The position numbers and the translations under genes are program-made. Below the pieces are notes generated by a model, which was given only the letters and a program-made list of their open reading frames with translations, was not told the DNA's origin and searched no databases. Positions 1 through 11,467 of a stretch of DNA of 64,000 bases are shown here, one piece after another; position 1 is the stretch's first letter, and each line of letters starts with the position of its first letter. The stretch lies in assembly GCA_045132235.1 (NCBI GenBank), contig JBGURX010000026.1, forward strand, positions 18,175-82,174, given 5' to 3'. The stretch comes from Bacteroidales bacterium (lineage in GTDB: Bacteria > Bacteroidota > Bacteroidia > Bacteroidales > WCHB1-69).

Positions 1-223
<223 letters not shown>

Positions 224-255
224 TCAAGCATTCTTAAACAACTTTATCATTTATC

Positions 256-1194
256 ATGGCAAAATTAGCAGTGGTCGCTTTCGGAGGAAACGCATTATTG
301 AGAAGCGGCCAAAAAGGAACTTATCAAGAACAGATTCAGAATGTTACGCAGACTTGCGAGTCTCTTTTGGGACTGTTGAAGCAGGATTATAATATTGTCA
401 TCGGTCACGGCAACGGTCCGCAGGTGGGCAACGTGATGTTGCAGCATGAGGCGGGCAACAAGAGCTTCGAGCTCCCCATCATGCCGATGGACTTTTGTGT
501 GTCGGAGACGCAGGGCTCGATTGGTTATCTGATTGAGAAGGCGTTCCGTAACCTCTTCGTCAAGGAAAACATCCAGAAGAATGTGGTCACGTTGGTGACG
601 CAGGTGGAGGTGAATGGCGAGGATCCGATGTTCAAGAACCCCACGAAGCCGGTGGGCCCGTACTACACGGAGGAAGAGGCGGAGGAGTATGCTGCCGAGA
701 CAGGCGCCATCTTCCGCGAGGACCCCAAGGGCAACGGATGGCGCAAAGTGGTGGCCTCCCCAAAGCCGCTGAAAGTGTGCAACATTGAGATCGTGAAGCA
801 GTTGGCCGAAGCCGGCAACGTCGTGGTGACAGTGGGCGGCGGCGGCATCCCGGTGATTGTGAAAGACGGTCTTTTCCATGGTGTGGAGGCGGTGATTGAC
901 AAGGATTTGGCATCCGCACTCACGGCTGTGGAGATTGGCGCCGACGAGTTCTACATCCTCACCGATGTGCCGAAAGTTTATCTTAACTTCAAGAAGCCCA
1001 ACGAGAAAGCCCTTGACACCATCACGGTGGCGGAGGCGAAACAATACTTGGAGGAGGGTCATTTCACCGAGGGTTCAATGGCTCCGAAAATCCGTGCGGC
1101 CATTTACTTCGTGGAGAGTGGCGGTGCCGAATGCATCATCACCGAAGCCGGACAGCTCGGGAATCCCGCTTGCGGTACAAGAATTGTGAGATAA
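256..1194 (+). CDS. arcC: carbamate kinase
   Basis: AFGGNAL, HGNGPQVG, PTKPVGP, GGGGIPV, EAVIDKD, GSMAPK motifs; 312 aa. Confidence 0.95.
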   Translation: MAKLAVVAFGGNALLRSGQKGTYQEQIQNVTQTCESLLGLLKQDYNIVIGHGNGPQVGNVMLQHEAGNKSFELPIMPMDFCVSETQGSIGYLIEKAFRNLFVKENIQKNVVTLVTQVEVNGEDPMFKNPTKPVGPYYTEEEAEEYAAETGAIFREDPKGNGWRKVVASPKPLKVCNIEIVKQLAEAGNVVVTVGGGGIPVIVKDGLFHGVEAVIDKDLASALTAVEIGADEFYILTDVPKVYLNFKKPNEKALDTITVAEAKQYLEEGHFTEGSMAPKIRAAIYFVESGGAECIITEAGQLGNPACGTRIVR

Positions 1195-1318
1195 TCTTCC
1201 AAAAAAATCATCATTTTTCAGGGAGATAAAAGAGGTTATAATCTTTAATCGTTGATTATCAATCAATTAAAGATAAAAATAAAAAACACCAAGGAGTTGT
1301 AAATTCAAAATAAAGTTG

Positions 1319-1326
1319 TAATTTTG
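1319..1326 (+). promoter_or_regulatory. Bacteroidota -7 promoter element of tRNA-Lys
   Basis: TAATTTTG (TAnnTTTG) 16 nt upstream of the tRNA. Confidence 0.7.
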
Positions 1327-1342
1327 CAGCTCCAAAAACGGA

Positions 1343-1415
1343 GTCCCAGTAGCTCAGCAGGTAGAGCACATCCCTTTTAAGGATGGGGTCCTGGGTTCGA
1401 ATCCCAGCTGAGACA
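1343..1415 (+). tRNA. tRNA-Lys(UUU)
   Basis: Cloverleaf: GCTC/GAGC D stem, CATCC-CTTTTAA-GGATG anticodon arm, CTGGG-TTCGAAT-CCCAG T arm; CCA not encoded. Confidence 0.95.
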
Positions 1416-1419
1416 CATT

Positions 1420-1459
1420 AATCGCTCTGACACAATAAGTTAGAGCGATTTTTGTTTTT
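1420..1459 (+). terminator. intrinsic terminator after tRNA-Lys
   Basis: AATCGCTCTGA...TTAGAGCGATT stem followed by a T-rich tract. Confidence 0.8.
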
Positions 1460-1460
1460 A

Positions 1461-1561
1461 GGGCGTGCCGGCTCCCTTCGGTCGCCGTCGGGCTTTCCGC
1501 TTTACTCACTGCCCACGCACCTCCCCGCCCACACGTTCGTGCACGCTCCAATCCCTCACGC
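1461..1561 (+). ncRNA. Flavo-1-like structured RNA / interspersed repeat (candidate)
   Basis: GGGCGTG...GTCGGGCTTTCCGCT...ATCCCTCACGC with terminal GCGTG/CACGC pairing; resembles my recollection of the Bacteroidota Flavo-1 motif. Confidence 0.5.
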
Positions 1562-1613
1562 GACAGAGATAGGTTCCTTTCGCGTCATTCGGTTAGGGGA
1601 GGGGGAAATCTCT

Positions 1614-2402
1614 TTACAGATGTTGTACCGGGAAGGTGAAGTAGGTGTCGGGGTAGGGCTCGTTTTTCAGGGTGAAGTGCCACCACTCCTCATCGTAGGG
1701 CTTGAAGCCGTGGCGCAGCATGGCGCGGCGCAGAATCATGCGGTTCTCGAACTGCTCGGCGGTGATGGTGCGGCCTTGCGTACTGTTGCATTTGCCGGTG
1801 TATTGCCCCGTCTCGGGGTCGCCGCCGAAGTCAGGATGGCTTTCCGGCCCAAACCAGTCGAAGGTGCCGCCCATGTCAATCTCCTTTTCGGTGTTCATGT
1901 CGAAGAGGGTGAGGTCCACGGTGGAGCCGCGTGAGTGACCGCTGCGGCGGGCAATGTAGCCGCGGTCGAACAGCACATCCTTGACGAGGTCCGGATAGAA
2001 GTAGCTCTTCATCAGCGTGTCGGCGAGGTCGGCACCCCAGCGCACGAAGTGGTCAACGGCCATCTGCGGACGGTAGGCATCGTAAATCTTCAGACGGTAG
2101 CCCTGCTCTTTCAGCTCGTCGCTGACGACGCGGAGGCTGTCGGCGGCCTCGCGGGTGAGCAGTGCGGTGGGTTCCAAGTAGCCGTCGATGCGGCTGCCGA
2201 TGAAGTTATAGGTGCTGTAGTAACGGATTTCGAGAATGGCATCCGGCACTACATCGGTAATCACCACAAAACCACTGGCATCGTCGGTGGCAACTGCCTT
2301 CTTCTGAGCAGCATTCCCGCTCTCTTCCGAATGGGTGCAGGCCGCGAAAATTGTGCAGGCCATCACCCCAAAAATAAAGAATAAATTTCTGATTTTTAAC
2401 AT
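1614..2402 (-). CDS. vanX: D-Ala-D-Ala dipeptidase (M15D, VanX/DdpX family), probable lipoprotein
   Basis: DAYRP, SGHSRGSTVDLTL, EWWHF motifs; signal peptide ending IFAAC; ATG at 2402 preferred over TTG at 2423. Confidence 0.9.
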   Translation of the reverse strand: MLKIRNLFFIFGVMACTIFAACTHSEESGNAAQKKAVATDDASGFVVITDVVPDAILEIRYYSTYNFIGSRIDGYLEPTALLTREAADSLRVVSDELKEQGYRLKIYDAYRPQMAVDHFVRWGADLADTLMKSYFYPDLVKDVLFDRGYIARRSGHSRGSTVDLTLFDMNTEKEIDMGGTFDWFGPESHPDFGGDPETGQYTGKCNSTQGRTITAEQFENRMILRRAMLRHGFKPYDEEWWHFTLKNEPYPDTYFTFPVQHL

Positions 2403-2432
2403 ATTAAAAGAAATTGAATTCAATTGTCATGA

Positions 2433-4853
<2,421 letters not shown>

Positions 4854-4892
4854 AAATGTTGTAATTTTGCGACTCAAATTTTAATATCCAAA

Positions 4893-6167
4893 ATGATGAA
4901 AAAACTGGCTGTTGTATTATTAGCGTTGTTATTGGCAACAACGCAAAATTTTGCGTCTTTACAGGCACAGGACTTAAACCATTACAAACAGGTAGTCAAG
5001 GAGCTGGCTTCCGAGAAATACCAAGGGCGCGGCTATGCTTTCGATGGTGCCAACAAGGCGGGCAGATACTTGGAAAAAGAGTATAAAAAAGCAGGCGCTG
5101 ATGAGGTGGTCTGCCAGCCGTTCACCATCAATATCAATACGTTCCCCGGCAAGATGGAACTGTCGGTGGACGGGCGTGCGTTGACGCCGGGCGTGGATTT
5201 CTCCATGCGCGAGTACTCCCCGGGCGTGCACGGCACCTACAAGCTCTATTATGTTGACACCAACAATTTCGATGCCGAAAAGATGTTCGCCGACCTGTTG
5301 AAACCCGAGTACAAGGATTGCTTTGTGGTGTGCGATTTCTTCTTCTCATACAATCATTACCAAGACTTTAAGAAAATATGGGGCGGCGACAGCTACCCCA
5401 ACGCGGGAATGATTCAGACATGGGAGCCGCTGCTGAAGTTCTACAAGGCTTACGGCGAGCGGGTGATGGGCAAACCTGTCATCTGGGCCACCTCCGATTT
5501 TCCGAAAGATGCCAAAAGCATTACCGTTGACATTGACAACAAAATGATGGAGAATGTCGAGCTTTTCAATGTCATCGCCAAGGTGGAAGGCAAGCGCCAC
5601 GACAGCTGCTATGTCTTCACGGCGCACTACGACCATCTCGGCAACCTCGGCAAGGATGTCTATTATGCGGGCGCCAACGACAACGCCTCCGGCACCGCCG
5701 CCATCGTGACACTGGCCGCCTACTACGCTCAGAACCGTCCCGAGTACGACATGTACTTCCTCTCCTTCTCGGGCGAGGATGCCAACCTGCGCGGCTCCGA
5801 GTACTATGTGGAGCATCCCGTCGTGCCGCTGACGCAGATCAAGTACCTGTTCAACATTGACATGATTGGCGACAACAATCCGGTGCAGTACTGCGAGGTG
5901 AGCGACGAGGGACTGCGCGGCTACGACCTGATGGAGACCATCAACAAGGAAAAACGATATTTCAAGGGACTGAACCGCGGGGAGTTGGCCGGCAACAGCG
6001 ACCACTATCCCTTTGCGTTACAGCATGTTCCGTGCATCCTCTTCGAGAACGAGGAGGGCGATGCATTCAAGTACTATCACACCACCTTCGACACTTACGA
6101 GAATTTCCTCATCGACTCCTACGAGCCGATTTTCAGGTTGATAAGGGATTTTGTGGAGAAATATTAA
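4893..6167 (+). CDS. M28 family metallo-aminopeptidase
   Basis: Signal peptide; AHYDHLG, GANDNASG, SGED, NIDMIG, SDH, YHT motifs. Confidence 0.9.
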   Translation: MMKKLAVVLLALLLATTQNFASLQAQDLNHYKQVVKELASEKYQGRGYAFDGANKAGRYLEKEYKKAGADEVVCQPFTININTFPGKMELSVDGRALTPGVDFSMREYSPGVHGTYKLYYVDTNNFDAEKMFADLLKPEYKDCFVVCDFFFSYNHYQDFKKIWGGDSYPNAGMIQTWEPLLKFYKAYGERVMGKPVIWATSDFPKDAKSITVDIDNKMMENVELFNVIAKVEGKRHDSCYVFTAHYDHLGNLGKDVYYAGANDNASGTAAIVTLAAYYAQNRPEYDMYFLSFSGEDANLRGSEYYVEHPVVPLTQIKYLFNIDMIGDNNPVQYCEVSDEGLRGYDLMETINKEKRYFKGLNRGELAGNSDHYPFALQHVPCILFENEEGDAFKYYHTTFDTYENFLIDSYEPIFRLIRDFVEKY

Positions 6168-6184
6168 GAAACAGACGCATTCAG

Positions 6185-6211
6185 AACGGACGCATGCAAT
6201 TCGTCCGTTAC
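6185..6211 (-). repeat. REP-like hairpin between convergent genes
   Basis: Minus strand reads GTAACGGACG-AATTGCATG-CGTCCGTT; its GTAA contains the TAA stop of the FMN reductase. Confidence 0.65.
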
Positions 6212-6765
6212 GGTTCGTCCACGAATGCCACGAATTTGTCGGCCTGGGCTTTCAGTGCGGCGCGTTGTTCGTTGGTGAGGATCATGCGGCCTTCGGTCCA
6301 TGCCTCGGCATTGAGGGTGATGCCCGTTTGCGGGTCGGTCATTACATTGGCTTTGATGAAGATGAGCAACTCGGTGAGTTTTTCGCGGCATTTGCCGGTG
6401 GCCATTTGTCCGCCTGCCCCGCTCAGTGCCACCTTCTTGCCGTTGATGACGGTAGGCGTGGCATAGTCGTTCGCGACAACGGGGCGCGACAGCCAGTCGA
6501 GCACGTTCTTCAGGTGACCGGGGTAGCTGAAGTTGTATTCGGGGGTGAAGATCCAGATGCCGTTGGCCTGGGCCACCGTTTCGCGCAGTTGGGTTACGGC
6601 TGCCGGGGCGGGATGCTCAATGTCCTGATTGATAAAGGGTACATTCGTGTAATTCAGATAGGTTACGGATGCCTGTCCAGCCAAGTATTTCTCTGCCTCT
6701 GCGGCGAGCTGTCGGTTGAAAGAATCTTTTCTCAACGAGCCGACGATAAAAAGGATGTTTTTCAT
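6208..6765 (-). CDS. NADPH-dependent FMN reductase family flavoprotein
   Basis: GSLRKDSFN, TPEYNFSYPGHLKNVLDWLSR. Confidence 0.9.
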   Translation of the reverse strand: MKNILFIVGSLRKDSFNRQLAAEAEKYLAGQASVTYLNYTNVPFINQDIEHPAPAAVTQLRETVAQANGIWIFTPEYNFSYPGHLKNVLDWLSRPVVANDYATPTVINGKKVALSGAGGQMATGKCREKLTELLIFIKANVMTDPQTGITLNAEAWTEGRMILTNEQRAALKAQADKFVAFVDEP

Positions 6766-6796
6766 ATTATATTATTTTTGATAGTTAAATTCTAAA

Positions 6797-7021
6797 TTAT
6801 TCCTCGGATTTGTCCTGTTGGGACGATTTCCTAATTTGTTCAAGCCCTTGGTCAAAGAACCAAAATAAAATGGTAATGATTACGCTGCCTACCACTCCTC
6901 CAATGATGGCTCTACGCAAACTGAGTCCCGAGATCAACCAATCTGCCAGAAAGTATGCCACAGCAAGGACGACAAACATGATGAGGTAAACCACCCAACT
7001 TCTTTTCTTAAAAATATTCAT
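6797..7021 (-). CDS. small membrane protein (2 TM)
   Basis: 74 aa with two hydrophobic helices; upstream TATTTTTG promoter. Confidence 0.65.
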   Translation of the reverse strand: MNIFKKRSWVVYLIMFVVLAVAYFLADWLISGLSLRRAIIGGVVGSVIITILFWFFDQGLEQIRKSSQQDKSEE

Positions 7022-7116
7022 AACAACTATTATTTATGGATTGCAAAAATACGGAATAATTCCGATGAATTTTGGCTACAACTGTGCAAAAATGATGAGT
7101 TATAGACAAAAATAAA

Positions 7117-7362
7117 TTATTCGGGACGTTTGTTGTGTGGCGGACGACAATTTTTTCTGACAATCCATGCCAACAGGCCAATAATCACGACATTGCTTAT
7201 CAGCAGTGCTATTGCAAAACTGTTGATATGCATCCGGTAGTTTTGTTCGGTCAGTGCATATTGCCCGTCAAGTATTGCCGTAATCCACAATATCACTTCA
7301 AGGACGATGCCAGTGGCCAATATGGCAAACGCCAAGAACACAAATGATTTCGGGTGTTTCAT
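7117..7362 (-). CDS. small membrane protein (2 TM)
   Basis: 81 aa with two hydrophobic helices; lies 28 nt downstream of the GNAT gene. Confidence 0.65.
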   Translation of the reverse strand: MKHPKSFVFLAFAILATGIVLEVILWITAILDGQYALTEQNYRMHINSFAIALLISNVVIIGLLAWIVRKNCRPPHNKRPE

Positions 7363-7390
7363 TAGTTTGAGATTTTCTTTTAAAACGCTC

Positions 7391-7933
7391 TCAATGTGGA
7401 TTATATTGCACGTCGCCCCTCTCCAGCCGCATCACCCGCACCGGGCGGTCGGAGCCGATCTGGAGACGGCTGCAGCGGTTGATTGTGCCGGTGTCGCGGA
7501 AGCCGCACTTCTCCATCACGCGGCCGGAGGCGGGGTTGTCGGGGAAGTAGTCGCTCCAGATGGTGCGAAAGCCTTTCTGGTTGAAGCAGTAGTCGATCAG
7601 CAGCTGCAGTGCCTCGGTGCAGATGCCTTGGTTCCAGTAGGGGCGGGCCACCCAGTAGCCCGCTTCGGCATCGTTCTCGCCGATGTCGATGTTGCTCTCT
7701 CTGCAGGTGTAGTAGCCGATGCAGCCGATGGCCTCGCCGGTTGTCTTGAGCTCGATGGCCCAGATGTGGTCGCTGTGGAACACCGTGCGGATGATTTCGC
7801 GGCTCTCTTCCACGCTTTGGTGGGGCGGCCAGCCCGCGCGGAGACCCACCTCGGGGTCGGAAGCATATTGGTACAAGGTCTCGGCGTCGCTTTCACGCCA
7901 CGGCCGGAGCAGGATTCGGGAGGTTTGCATCAT
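7391..7933 (-). CDS. GNAT acetyltransferase, RimJ/RimL type
   Basis: T.RILLRPW..SDA, EAGYW...YWNQGI.TEA, NPASGRVMEKCGF. Confidence 0.92.
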   Translation of the reverse strand: MMQTSRILLRPWRESDAETLYQYASDPEVGLRAGWPPHQSVEESREIIRTVFHSDHIWAIELKTTGEAIGCIGYYTCRESNIDIGENDAEAGYWVARPYWNQGICTEALQLLIDYCFNQKGFRTIWSDYFPDNPASGRVMEKCGFRDTGTINRCSRLQIGSDRPVRVMRLERGDVQYNPH

Positions 7934-8061
7934 TGTTGGTTAGTTTGAGGATGCAAAGATACGATGTTCTTTTGGAAATAATTTATTCTAAAAGAACTAT
8001 AATTGAATCATATTTTAATAATAACTTTTTCAAAAACTTTAACAACTTTTAACCAAAAAAT

Positions 8062-8093
8062 TTTGGCGGTTCAATTTCTTCGTTGTACTTTTG
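8062..8093 (+). promoter_or_regulatory. canonical Bacteroidota sigma-A promoter for the 8161-10448 operon
   Basis: TTTG-N20-TACTTTTG. Confidence 0.75.
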
Positions 8094-8160
8094 CAGTCGA
8101 AAGTTATTGATAATCAAATTATTATTTTATTAAATTATAAAACTATTAAAAATTAGAGTT

Positions 8161-8829
8161 ATGGAAAAACTGATTGAAATTTTGAAAGAATTTGACAAAA
8201 ACCGTACAGCATCAATTAACTTAGGGAAAATATGGGATGAAGTAGAGGTTGGAAAATGTTTTCTCCCTTGTGCAAAGGAAATTCTATGTAATGGATATTT
8301 TCTTATTAACAATGAATACATTCTTGACCTTGGTTCCATTGAACTCTATTATCACGAAGAATATGACGGCGGCATAAAAGACGCAAAAATGTACCACACA
8401 AATGATAATTTACCCAAAAGTTATTGGGATAGAATTAAAAAGTATTCCCCTGAACAACTAACTTTGTTTTACAGGCTTATTATTGAAAACAAGGGATACC
8501 CTTATTTCAAAATTGGCAGCGTCAACCTTCACCAATCTGGAGTTGATGTCACTTTTGAGAAGAAGAAGCAATACAGAGCATCTTTCCTCATTCGCTCATA
8601 CAGAATGATGAAAAAAGAGGATATTAAAAGCAATAATGTTTTGTACGATCCTTGTTCGTCTCACCTATATGACGATATGAATAATGCGGGACTATTGTCT
8701 TTGGCTAATGGAAACACAATCAAATGGGTGGAATATCCAAAGGGTGGAAATGTAATACAATGTCCTCGTCGGAATTTAGACGAAAAACCTTGGCAGTTTA
8801 TGCTTGAGAACTTGAAAGAGATTAAGTAA
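8161..8829 (+). CDS. hypothetical protein, possibly divergent methylpurine-DNA glycosylase (MPG/AAG) fold
   Basis: AT-rich 222-aa ORF; IELYY / D..MYH / ASFLIRS / PRRN..KPWQF match in order the MPG motifs ETEAY / D.A.H / AVLIRA / RIG..PWRF (by eye). Confidence 0.5.
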   Translation: MEKLIEILKEFDKNRTASINLGKIWDEVEVGKCFLPCAKEILCNGYFLINNEYILDLGSIELYYHEEYDGGIKDAKMYHTNDNLPKSYWDRIKKYSPEQLTLFYRLIIENKGYPYFKIGSVNLHQSGVDVTFEKKKQYRASFLIRSYRMMKKEDIKSNNVLYDPCSSHLYDDMNNAGLLSLANGNTIKWVEYPKGGNVIQCPRRNLDEKPWQFMLENLKEIK

Positions 8830-8845
8830 ACATCTTTTTTTTCTT

Positions 8846-9676
8846 ATGCTCCCCGACTCCCTCACCAACACCGTTTTCCTCTCCGAATGGCTGCCGGAAG
8901 TGTGCCCCACGCTGTATCATAATCTTACAAAAGTACTGAAGGACAATGCCGTGTACTATCGGATTCTGGGCAATACCAACGACATCTGGTGCCGCGATTT
9001 TATGCCCATTCAGACCGATGAAAAACGATTCGTTTTCTATCAATACAATCCTGATTACCTGCAAGACAAGCATAAACGGCGATACATTACCAACGTAAAC
9101 CGTGTGCAGAACATCGATTTCCTTCGTCAGGCCGAAACGGCAAATCTGGACCTAGTGCTCGATGGTGGCAACGTGGTGAAATGCGGCAACAAAGTGGTGA
9201 TGACGGAAAAGGTGTTTGTGGAAAACAACAACCGGTCGCGCAACGAGGTGCAACGACTTCTGGAAGAGGCATTCCAGTGCGACATCGTTTTCCTGCCGTG
9301 GGACGAGAACGAGAAGTGCGGTCACAGCGATGGCATTATCCATTATGTGGGCGACAACCGCGTGCTGCTGACCAACTACGACGATCTCGACAAGACTTTT
9401 GCGCAGGCATTTCTGCGGATTTTGGAAAAGCATTTTGAAGTTATCCCACTGAAATACAATGTGAAACGGCAGCACGCCCGCAGTTGGGCATACATCAACT
9501 ACTCGCAAGTGGACAATCTGGTGCTTGTCCCGCAGCTGGGCATTCCCGAGGATGAACATGCTTTGGAGCAAATCAGCAAAGCCCTGTCAAATTGTAAAGT
9601 CGTTGGCATCCCGGCCTTGGAAGCCGTTCGCAAAGGCGGAGCATTGAATTGCATATCGTGGAATATTAAATTGTAG
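8846..9676 (+). CDS. agmatine/peptidylarginine deiminase family (pentein) protein, short type
   Basis: WCRDF, LDGGN, GHSDG, YIN, GGALNCISW (catalytic Cys). Confidence 0.88.
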   Translation: MLPDSLTNTVFLSEWLPEVCPTLYHNLTKVLKDNAVYYRILGNTNDIWCRDFMPIQTDEKRFVFYQYNPDYLQDKHKRRYITNVNRVQNIDFLRQAETANLDLVLDGGNVVKCGNKVVMTEKVFVENNNRSRNEVQRLLEEAFQCDIVFLPWDENEKCGHSDGIIHYVGDNRVLLTNYDDLDKTFAQAFLRILEKHFEVIPLKYNVKRQHARSWAYINYSQVDNLVLVPQLGIPEDEHALEQISKALSNCKVVGIPALEAVRKGGALNCISWNIKL

Positions 9677-9680
9677 AAAG

Positions 9681-10448
9681 ATGGAAAGCAAAAAAACAAA
9701 GAACAACCTCTATTCGAAAATGACCATTAAAGAATTGAAAGTGCTGGCCGAACAAGGCGATGCAGAGGCACAATTCAAGCTTGGAAATCGTTATAAACAA
9801 GGTAAAGGTGTAGGAAAAAACTTTCGGCAGGCTGTGGAATGGCTCACTAAGGCAGCTGAGCAAGGACATTCAGGGGCTCAAAACAATCTTGGAGGATGCT
9901 ATTTGTGCGGAAAGGGAGTGAAAAAGGACTATGCCAAAGCTGTTGAATGGTACACTCAATCAGCGGAACAGGGTGAAATGTTCGCCCAATTCAATTTGGC
10001 TGCTTGTTATTATAAAGGAACAGGAGTTGAGCAAGACTATAAAAAGGCCCTGGAGTGGCATTTCAAAGCGGCTGAACAAGGCGATTCGTGGTCGCAAAAC
10101 GATATCGGAATGTGCTATTTGAATGGATATGGAGTTGAAAAAGACCTCCGGAAAGGCATTGAATGGCTTACCTTGTCTGCTAAACAAGGGTTTTCCACTG
10201 CACAATTCAACTTGGCTATTTGTTTCAAGGACGGTGATGGCGTGGAACAGGATATGAAGAAAGCGGTGGAATTATATAAAAAAGCAGCGAAGCAAGGGAA
10301 TATGTGGGCCCAACACAATTTAGGGTGTTGCTACGAATATGGGGAAGGCGTTAGAAGGAACCACAAAAAGGCGGTGGAATGGTTCACGAAAGCGGCGGAA
10401 CAAGGAAGCAAAAGGGCGAAAAGGATGCTCGGGAAATTTCACAAATAA
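9681..10448 (+). CDS. Sel1-like repeat protein
   Basis: Six 36-aa AQxNLGxCY..GxGVxxDxxKAVEWxxKAAEQG repeats; no signal peptide. Confidence 0.95.
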   Translation: MESKKTKNNLYSKMTIKELKVLAEQGDAEAQFKLGNRYKQGKGVGKNFRQAVEWLTKAAEQGHSGAQNNLGGCYLCGKGVKKDYAKAVEWYTQSAEQGEMFAQFNLAACYYKGTGVEQDYKKALEWHFKAAEQGDSWSQNDIGMCYLNGYGVEKDLRKGIEWLTLSAKQGFSTAQFNLAICFKDGDGVEQDMKKAVELYKKAAKQGNMWAQHNLGCCYEYGEGVRRNHKKAVEWFTKAAEQGSKRAKRMLGKFHK

Positions 10449-10636
10449 TTCACCACCCCGAACACACAGTGGCACACCGTGAAGCCGGCGGCCAGCACCA
10501 CGGCCGGCAGGTTCTTGCGGTCGATGGCAAAAAGGTTGAACGCCAAACAGGGCGGCAGGGTCAGCAGGAAAAGCAGCAGCCCCCAAAAGTCGAAGCCGAA
10601 ACGGTAGCGAGATGTGCGTATAGTATTCATTTTCAA
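10439..10636 (-). pseudogene. internally deleted membrane-protein gene (candidate)
   Basis: Only 65 aa; YRFGFDFWGLLLFLL appears joined directly to a LFAIDRKN...CH..FGVVN C-terminus that I recall from longer homologues. Confidence 0.45.
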
Positions 10637-10668
10637 ATAAATATCTGAGAAAACGATGCAAAATCCAG

Positions 10669-10707
10669 AAAATTATGCTAATAGAATTATTTTAGTAGCA
10701 TAATTTT
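10669..10707. promoter_or_regulatory. perfect 12-bp inverted repeat (operator or terminator)
   Basis: AAAATTATGCTA-N15-TAGCATAATTTT. Confidence 0.6.
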
Positions 10708-10737
10708 ATTGGTGGACTTTTTCCCCTGCACAATCAT

Positions 10738-11331
10738 TCATTCACCGTCATAGAAACAGTCCGTTTCCCATTTCATCGGATTCTGTTCAATGTATAGGGC
10801 AATTCTGTTCATTTCGTTCCTGTTCCTAACAATGCGGTCGTAATACCGCGGTTGCCATGAAAAGGGAATTTGGTTTTCCCGTGCGAAACGTGTGACAGCG
10901 GATTTAATCCCACGAATTACCGCCCCCAAATTCCCCGATTGTGGGCCAAATTTCTGTAGGGACGCACCGCGTGCGTCCGAATCCGAATCACCGCGTGCGT
11001 CCGAATCCGAATCACCGCGTGCGTCAGGAATTAACGGGGACGCATTCAATGCGTCCCTACAGGGGGATATTCGATTGTGAAGGCACACAATCAGATGCAC
11101 ATGATTGGGCATGATGACATACAAGGGGATTGACGCGGTACCGTGACGTAGGTTTTCTGTGTTTTCAATCTCGCGTTTCAAGCATTCCCCCACCAATGTC
11201 AATTGGGTCTGACCATTGCGAACAGTACCGAAATAATGCAGCCAGTTTTTCGTGCAAATGGTCACAAAATATTCTGCGCCGTTGTAGTCGTGCCATTGGG
11301 CCCGTGGAGATTTTCTGTCGTGTAGTTTCAT
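10738..11331 (-). mobile_element. REP-associated tyrosine transposase (RAYT, IS200/Y1 HUH family)
   Basis: RKSPR...DY...YFVTICT, VIMPNHVH (HUH), WQPRYYDRIVR, YIEQNP (catalytic Tyr); REPs inside and beside it. Confidence 0.92.
10954..11062. repeat. REP doublet (REPIN-like) with internal 24-bp tandem repeat inside the RAYT ORF
   Basis: CTGTAGGGACGCA...TGCGTCCCTACAG outer inverted repeat; CACCGCGTGCGTCCGAATCCGAAT x2.5 encoding DARGDSDS repeats. Confidence 0.88.
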
Positions 11332-11423
11332 AATAGTTGGTTTAGCAAAGATTAAATATCATTCATCTAATAGGTTTTTGTGAGATCGCCGTTTGTTGGG
11401 CAACCGTTTGTGGAATTGCCCTT

Positions 11424-11467
11424 GTAGGGCTGCCATATTATGACAGCCCTATATTGTGTACCCCTAC
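11424..11467. repeat. REP palindrome upstream of RAYT
   Basis: GTAGGGCTGCCATATTATGACAGCCCTAT followed by CCCCTAC; 26/29 identical to the inverted copy at 31992-32020. Confidence 0.8.

Noticed and set aside
1614-2402. Vancomycin resistance locus
   Set aside because: Lone VanX-family lipoprotein without vanA/vanH/vanRS; likely cell-wall dipeptide recycling
10965-11025. CRISPR array in the 24-bp repeats (also the 21-bp repeats at 20012)
   Set aside because: Units are directly tandem with no unique spacers, and no cas genes are present
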